Source of the DNA: Terrimicrobiaceae bacterium
GTDB lineage: Bacteria; Verrucomicrobiota; Verrucomicrobiia; Chthoniobacterales; Terrimicrobiaceae
Direction of reading: 5' to 3'
Length of the DNA stretch: 30,712 bases
Assembly: GCA_041752695.1 (NCBI GenBank)
Contig: JBGSVZ010000010.1
Coordinates: forward strand, 1 to 30,712
How positions within the stretch are numbered: the stretch's first letter is position 1; the number at the start of each line of letters is the position of its first letter. This document shows, piece after piece, positions 27,023 through 30,712 of the stretch. Made by a program: the position numbers and the translations under genes. The notes below the pieces were generated by a model. It did not search any database. It saw only the letters and a program-made list of their open reading frames with translations, and had not been told where the DNA came from.

Positions 27023-27839
27023 GTTTCCGGCCCAGGGAACCCGGCGCGAACGGGAGGCATTTACCCTGATCGAACTGCTGGTCGCCACCACCGTCGCCCT
27101 TCTTTTGTTAGGGTTGCTGGTCACGATTGTGTCCCGCTCGATGGCGATCACCCGGACGGCCAATGCGTCCCTTCTCGCCTACAATTCGGCATCGTCCGCC
27201 CTGGACCTGATTGCCCTTGACCTCGACTCCCTCGCGGTCACCCGGCAGCCCTTCGAGTATCTCCAGTCCATCAAGGAGGACGTGGGGGCCCTGACCGGAC
27301 AAACCCGGCTGCTGTTGCTTTCCATCGCAAGCCAGGACAACACGTCTGCCCCGGATTTCGGACAGTTGCGGGCGGTCTCTTACCGTTTGCTCAAACAGGA
27401 TCCCATCAGCGGCGGCAGCGGGCCAGGAGCGGTTTACGGCCTGTATCGCTCCACCTTGGATACCGCGACTTCCTTTGCCAGCTTCGCCGGACAAACCGAC
27501 CTGGCACCCGCCTTCGCGTCCCTGAACGCGTCCCTCGACGATTTTGTGGTTGGGAATGTGATCGATTTCCAAATTCGCTTTTATCCCGCGCGCGATTCCG
27601 TGCCCGCCAACGGCTCCGGGGCGTCCCCCCAACCCGTGCGCATCAGCGGAAACGGAACCACCATCAGCGGAGCGGCTTATGCGGGCGTGCTGGCCTGGGC
27701 AGAGATCTCGCTCACCGTCCTCGAGGACCGTGACAACGCGATGGCCCGCCTGGAAGCGGGCTCGCTCACCCTCGCCGATGCCAAGGCTCAATACGGACGC
27801 CAGCTGATTCGCAAGGTTGCGATTCGCCAGGCGTTGTGA
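27000..27839 (+). CDS. Prepilin-type protein, Verru_Chthon C-like (PilW/GspJ-like)
   Basis: ATG at 27000 overlaps the upstream gene by 23 nt; EA|FTLIELLVATTVALLLLGLLV; ALDLIALDL, AVSYRL, LYRS and NVIDFQIRF. Confidence 0.87.
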   Translation: MTRPSLAKFPAQGTRREREAFTLIELLVATTVALLLLGLLVTIVSRSMAITRTANASLLAYNSASSALDLIALDLDSLAVTRQPFEYLQSIKEDVGALTGQTRLLLLSIASQDNTSAPDFGQLRAVSYRLLKQDPISGGSGPGAVYGLYRSTLDTATSFASFAGQTDLAPAFASLNASLDDFVVGNVIDFQIRFYPARDSVPANGSGASPQPVRISGNGTTISGAAYAGVLAWAEISLTVLEDRDNAMARLEAGSLTLADAKAQYGRQLIRKVAIRQAL

Positions 27840-29164
27840 AGTTTTCCCGATCGACCATGCTAAGTATCCACACTTATGAAGCGGAGGCCGGAACCGGCCG
27901 CCCCCAGACCAAACCCATTCAGGCCGCGCTCGACGCCGTGGCGCAGGCCGGAGGCGGCACGGTCCTGATCCCGGCCGGGACGTACCACATCGGCACGCTC
28001 AGTCTCGGCTCGCACGTCACCCTTCATCTGGAGAACGGCGCGGTCCTGAAGGGCAGCCCCGACATTGCCGACTACCCGGAAGTCGCGGGAGGATTCACGG
28101 ACGCGGTCGGACAAAAACGCAACCGCTGCCTGATCTATGCCAATGGCACCACCGGTACCGCCATCACCGGACTGGGCACAATCGATGGCAACGGCAGCGC
28201 CTTTGGCTACGAAGAGGACGGACGGCCGTTCATGGTTCGTTTTATCAACTGCCGCGACGTTCAAGTCACTGGCATTACTCTCAAGGATTCCCCCGGCTGG
28301 GTAAGCCATTATCTGGGCTGCGAGAATGTCTTGATCCACGGCATCACCATCCGCAGCCGCACCAATGGCAACAACGACGGAATCGACGTCGATTCCTGCC
28401 GTCGGGTGCGGATCTCGGACTGCGACATCGACACCGGCGACGACGCCATCTGCATCAAGGCGACCCGCGCCACGCCGAGCGAGGACATCATTGTGACGGG
28501 CTGCCGGATTTGCAGCACGTGGGGGGCCTTGAAGCTCGGGACCGAGTCGGCCGGTGATTTCCGGAACATTCTTTTCAGCGACATCGTGATTCGCAACACC
28601 GAGGGCGGAGGAATCAAACTCATTAGCATGGATGGATGCCGCATGGAGAACGTTGTCGCCGACAACATTCTGATGGATAATGTTTCCGGTCCGATCTTCG
28701 TCCGCCTGGGAGGACGGCTGCGGAGGTATTTCGAGGACGAGCCCGAACGACCTGTGGGTTCCATCCGGGGGATCGCGCTGCGGAATATCCGGATCAAGGT
28801 CTGGGAGGAAGGGTATTTGCTTTATGGCAAACTCCCGCGGAAATCGGGCATCATCCTCACCGGGATTCCCGGTCACCCGATCGAAGATATTACGCTGGAG
28901 AACATTCAGGTCGAATTTCCTGGCGCAGGCGAGTTCTCAAACGCCCCGGTGCCAGAGCAGGAAACCGAGTACCCTGAGTTTCCCTCCTTCCATCCTCTAC
29001 CTGCCTGGGCGTTTTACGTCCGCCACGTGAGCAAGCTCAAGATGCGGTCGTGTGACATCACCTCACGCGAACCTGATCCGAGGCCGCCCTTCTCCTTCGA
29101 AGACGTAACCGTCGCCAACCTTCAAGAAGTCACTGTTCAAGGAAACCCTTATGAAATTTTGTAA
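27836..29164 (+). CDS. Glycoside hydrolase family 28-like (pectin lyase-fold) protein
   Basis: IQAALD...GGGTVLIPAGTY, ITGLGTIDGNG, NNDGIDVDSC, TGDDAICIK and LKLGTES. Start is GTG 27836 (GTGA overlap) or ATG 27857. No signal peptide. Confidence 0.9.
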   Translation: MKFSRSTMLSIHTYEAEAGTGRPQTKPIQAALDAVAQAGGGTVLIPAGTYHIGTLSLGSHVTLHLENGAVLKGSPDIADYPEVAGGFTDAVGQKRNRCLIYANGTTGTAITGLGTIDGNGSAFGYEEDGRPFMVRFINCRDVQVTGITLKDSPGWVSHYLGCENVLIHGITIRSRTNGNNDGIDVDSCRRVRISDCDIDTGDDAICIKATRATPSEDIIVTGCRICSTWGALKLGTESAGDFRNILFSDIVIRNTEGGGIKLISMDGCRMENVVADNILMDNVSGPIFVRLGGRLRRYFEDEPERPVGSIRGIALRNIRIKVWEEGYLLYGKLPRKSGIILTGIPGHPIEDITLENIQVEFPGAGEFSNAPVPEQETEYPEFPSFHPLPAWAFYVRHVSKLKMRSCDITSREPDPRPPFSFEDVTVANLQEVTVQGNPYEIL

Positions 29165-30587
29165 ACTCTATAGTCTGTTTTTGCTGGCCTCTCCGGTCTT
29201 CGCCGCTTCCGAGCTGTTTGTCTCCGCGTCGGCCGGCCCCGGGGGCGACGGGACGAGTGCCAAACCCTTCGCGACCATCGACGAAGCCCGAGAGGCGGCC
29301 CGCACTCTTCCGGAGGCTCCCGTGACCGTGCGCATCCGCGGCGGCCATTACCTCCTGCGTGATGGCATGGCGTGGAGCGCCGCGGACTCGGGCGGACCCC
29401 ACCGCCGGATCACCTACCGCGGGGAACCGGGGGAAACGGTCCGCATTTCCTCGGGGGTCGTGGTGCCTGCCAGTGCCCTGCAGCCGGTGACGGATGAAAA
29501 AGTGCGGGCGCGTTTTCCCGAGGAAGTGCGGGACCGGGTGCGTCAGGTTCAACTCAAGGACCTCGGAATCACGACAACCCCGCCGCCCGACAATTTCCGC
29601 GGGCTGGAACTTTTGGAGGTCTTCTGGAACGGTTCGCGCCTTCCCCTCGCCCGCTGGCCCGGCCATGGAGGGTTCGCCCGAATGGAACGTGTGACGGACA
29701 ATGGCATGAGCCGGTCCAGCCCGGGAACCTTCGTCTATCGCGAAGACCAGCCCGGCCTGTGGCAGGAAGCTGTGAGCGAAGGACTCTGGCTGCGCGGGTT
29801 TTGGCGGGTTCCCTGGGTGATTGAGGCGGTGCGGGTCGGGTCCATCGATCCTGAGGCGCGTTCCATCACCCTCGCAGTGCCGGTGTCCGGCGGAATTGGC
29901 TCAAAGTATCACCGCAAAAACGGGGTCGGTGCCGGCTCTGGGGACGAGCCCTGGGAAGCCATCAACCTCATTGAGGAAATCAACTCCCCGGGCGAGTGGG
30001 CGGTTCGCTTTTCCGAGAATATCTTTTACATCCTGCCCCCGGAAGGTGCCGGGGAGTTGCTCATTAGCGATCACAAGAAGCCTGTGCTGGCATTGACGAA
30101 TGTTTCCCATGTCTCGCTGGAAAATCTCTCGGTGGACAGCGGTCTCGGTGATGGCATTAGGATTGAAGGTGGCGAAGATGTTCTCCTGGCCGGCTGCAAG
30201 GTGGCTAATGTGGCGCGTTCCGGCATTGTGGTCAGGGGCGGAAAAAACCACACCGTGCTGTCGTGCGACATCACGGGGACTGGGCTGTCCGGCATTGCCT
30301 ATCTCGGCGGAGAACGCCGCACCCTCACCCCGGGCAACCACCGAATCCTGAATAATATTGTCACCCGCGCAGGTGGCTTTTTCCCCTCGCCCGGCATCGA
30401 CGGAGGCCTGGGCACTCAGGCGGAATCGGTCGGCAACCTCGTCGCTCACAACCGGATCCATGACTGCGCGAATAGTGGGATCGTGTACAGCGGGAACGAC
30501 AACGTCTTTGAGTTGAACGAAATCTACCGCGTTGGTTTGGGTTCCAGCGATCTCGGCTGTTTTTATACAACCGGCCAACGGTGTTGA
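29151..30587 (+). CDS. Secreted right-handed parallel beta-helix protein (GH141-like), apparently C-terminally truncated
   Basis: Signal peptide; FVSA...GDGTSAKPFATIDEAR, VRIRGGHY, LPLARWP, EEINSPGEW and PbH1-type repeats; stops abruptly after DLGCFYTTG-QRC. Confidence 0.8.
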   Translation: MKFCKLYSLFLLASPVFAASELFVSASAGPGGDGTSAKPFATIDEAREAARTLPEAPVTVRIRGGHYLLRDGMAWSAADSGGPHRRITYRGEPGETVRISSGVVVPASALQPVTDEKVRARFPEEVRDRVRQVQLKDLGITTTPPPDNFRGLELLEVFWNGSRLPLARWPGHGGFARMERVTDNGMSRSSPGTFVYREDQPGLWQEAVSEGLWLRGFWRVPWVIEAVRVGSIDPEARSITLAVPVSGGIGSKYHRKNGVGAGSGDEPWEAINLIEEINSPGEWAVRFSENIFYILPPEGAGELLISDHKKPVLALTNVSHVSLENLSVDSGLGDGIRIEGGEDVLLAGCKVANVARSGIVVRGGKNHTVLSCDITGTGLSGIAYLGGERRTLTPGNHRILNNIVTRAGGFFPSPGIDGGLGTQAESVGNLVAHNRIHDCANSGIVYSGNDNVFELNEIYRVGLGSSDLGCFYTTGQRC

Positions 30588-30712
30588 AGGTAGCTGCTAA
30601 GTGACAACGCTTATTCATAACGTTAAGGGGCCAGCAGCCCCGCCACGACCCTGGTTTTTCGGATATCGAAAAACCATTCCTTTGATGGGAAGGCAAAAAA
30701 GAACGGCATTTC
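30576..30712. other. Foreign-looking, lower-GC, hairpin-rich segment interrupting the beta-helix gene (possible mobile-element end or assembly junction)
   Basis: About 48% GC by hand count of 30581-30712; 10-bp perfect inverted repeat TGGTTTTTCG-gatat-CGAAAAACCA (30652-30676) plus smaller stems; no transposase visible. Confidence 0.4.

Noticed and set aside
30576..30712. Assigning a named IS family or integron attC site
   Set aside because: Only 137 nt are visible, with no transposase and no second end; the family cannot be supported.
1..30712. CRISPR arrays, tRNA/rRNA genes, integrases, defence systems
   Set aside because: No regularly spaced repeats, RNA-gene signatures or matching protein motifs seen; nearly all the sequence is accounted for by coding genes.

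Overview
GC-rich (~60-65% by eye) bacterial window, very likely Verrucomicrobiota, inferred from the Verru_Chthon-like pseudopilin cassette, the PEP-CTERM protein and the Verrucomicrobia-type LacI regulators. It is a glycan-utilisation locus with about 22 genes. Enzymes: a partial clan-D (GH36-like) glycosidase, a GH27, a BNR/Asp-box (GH74-like) propeller, a GH28-like enzyme and a truncated beta-helix (GH141-like) protein. Other components: three LacI-family regulators, a Kelch-repeat/sodium:solute symporter fusion with a Gfo/Idh/MocA oxidoreductase, a 1270-aa PEP-CTERM surface protein, an ECF42-type sigma/DGPF pair and five prepilin-like proteins. The most striking feature is a Verru_Chthon-like pseudopilin cassette in the order A-X1-X2-D-B-C. 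It overlaps gene-to-gene with two carbohydrate-active enzymes and sits divergent from a LacI regulator, with no TonB/SusCD genes in the window. Two candidate operator motifs were found by eye: a TGCAARnnCTTGCA palindrome and a GCAAm-ArATm-GCAAy direct repeat. The last gene is cut at about 30576 by lower-GC, hairpin-rich DNA. No rRNA, tRNA or CRISPR array was seen. All family calls come from motif recognition, not database searches.
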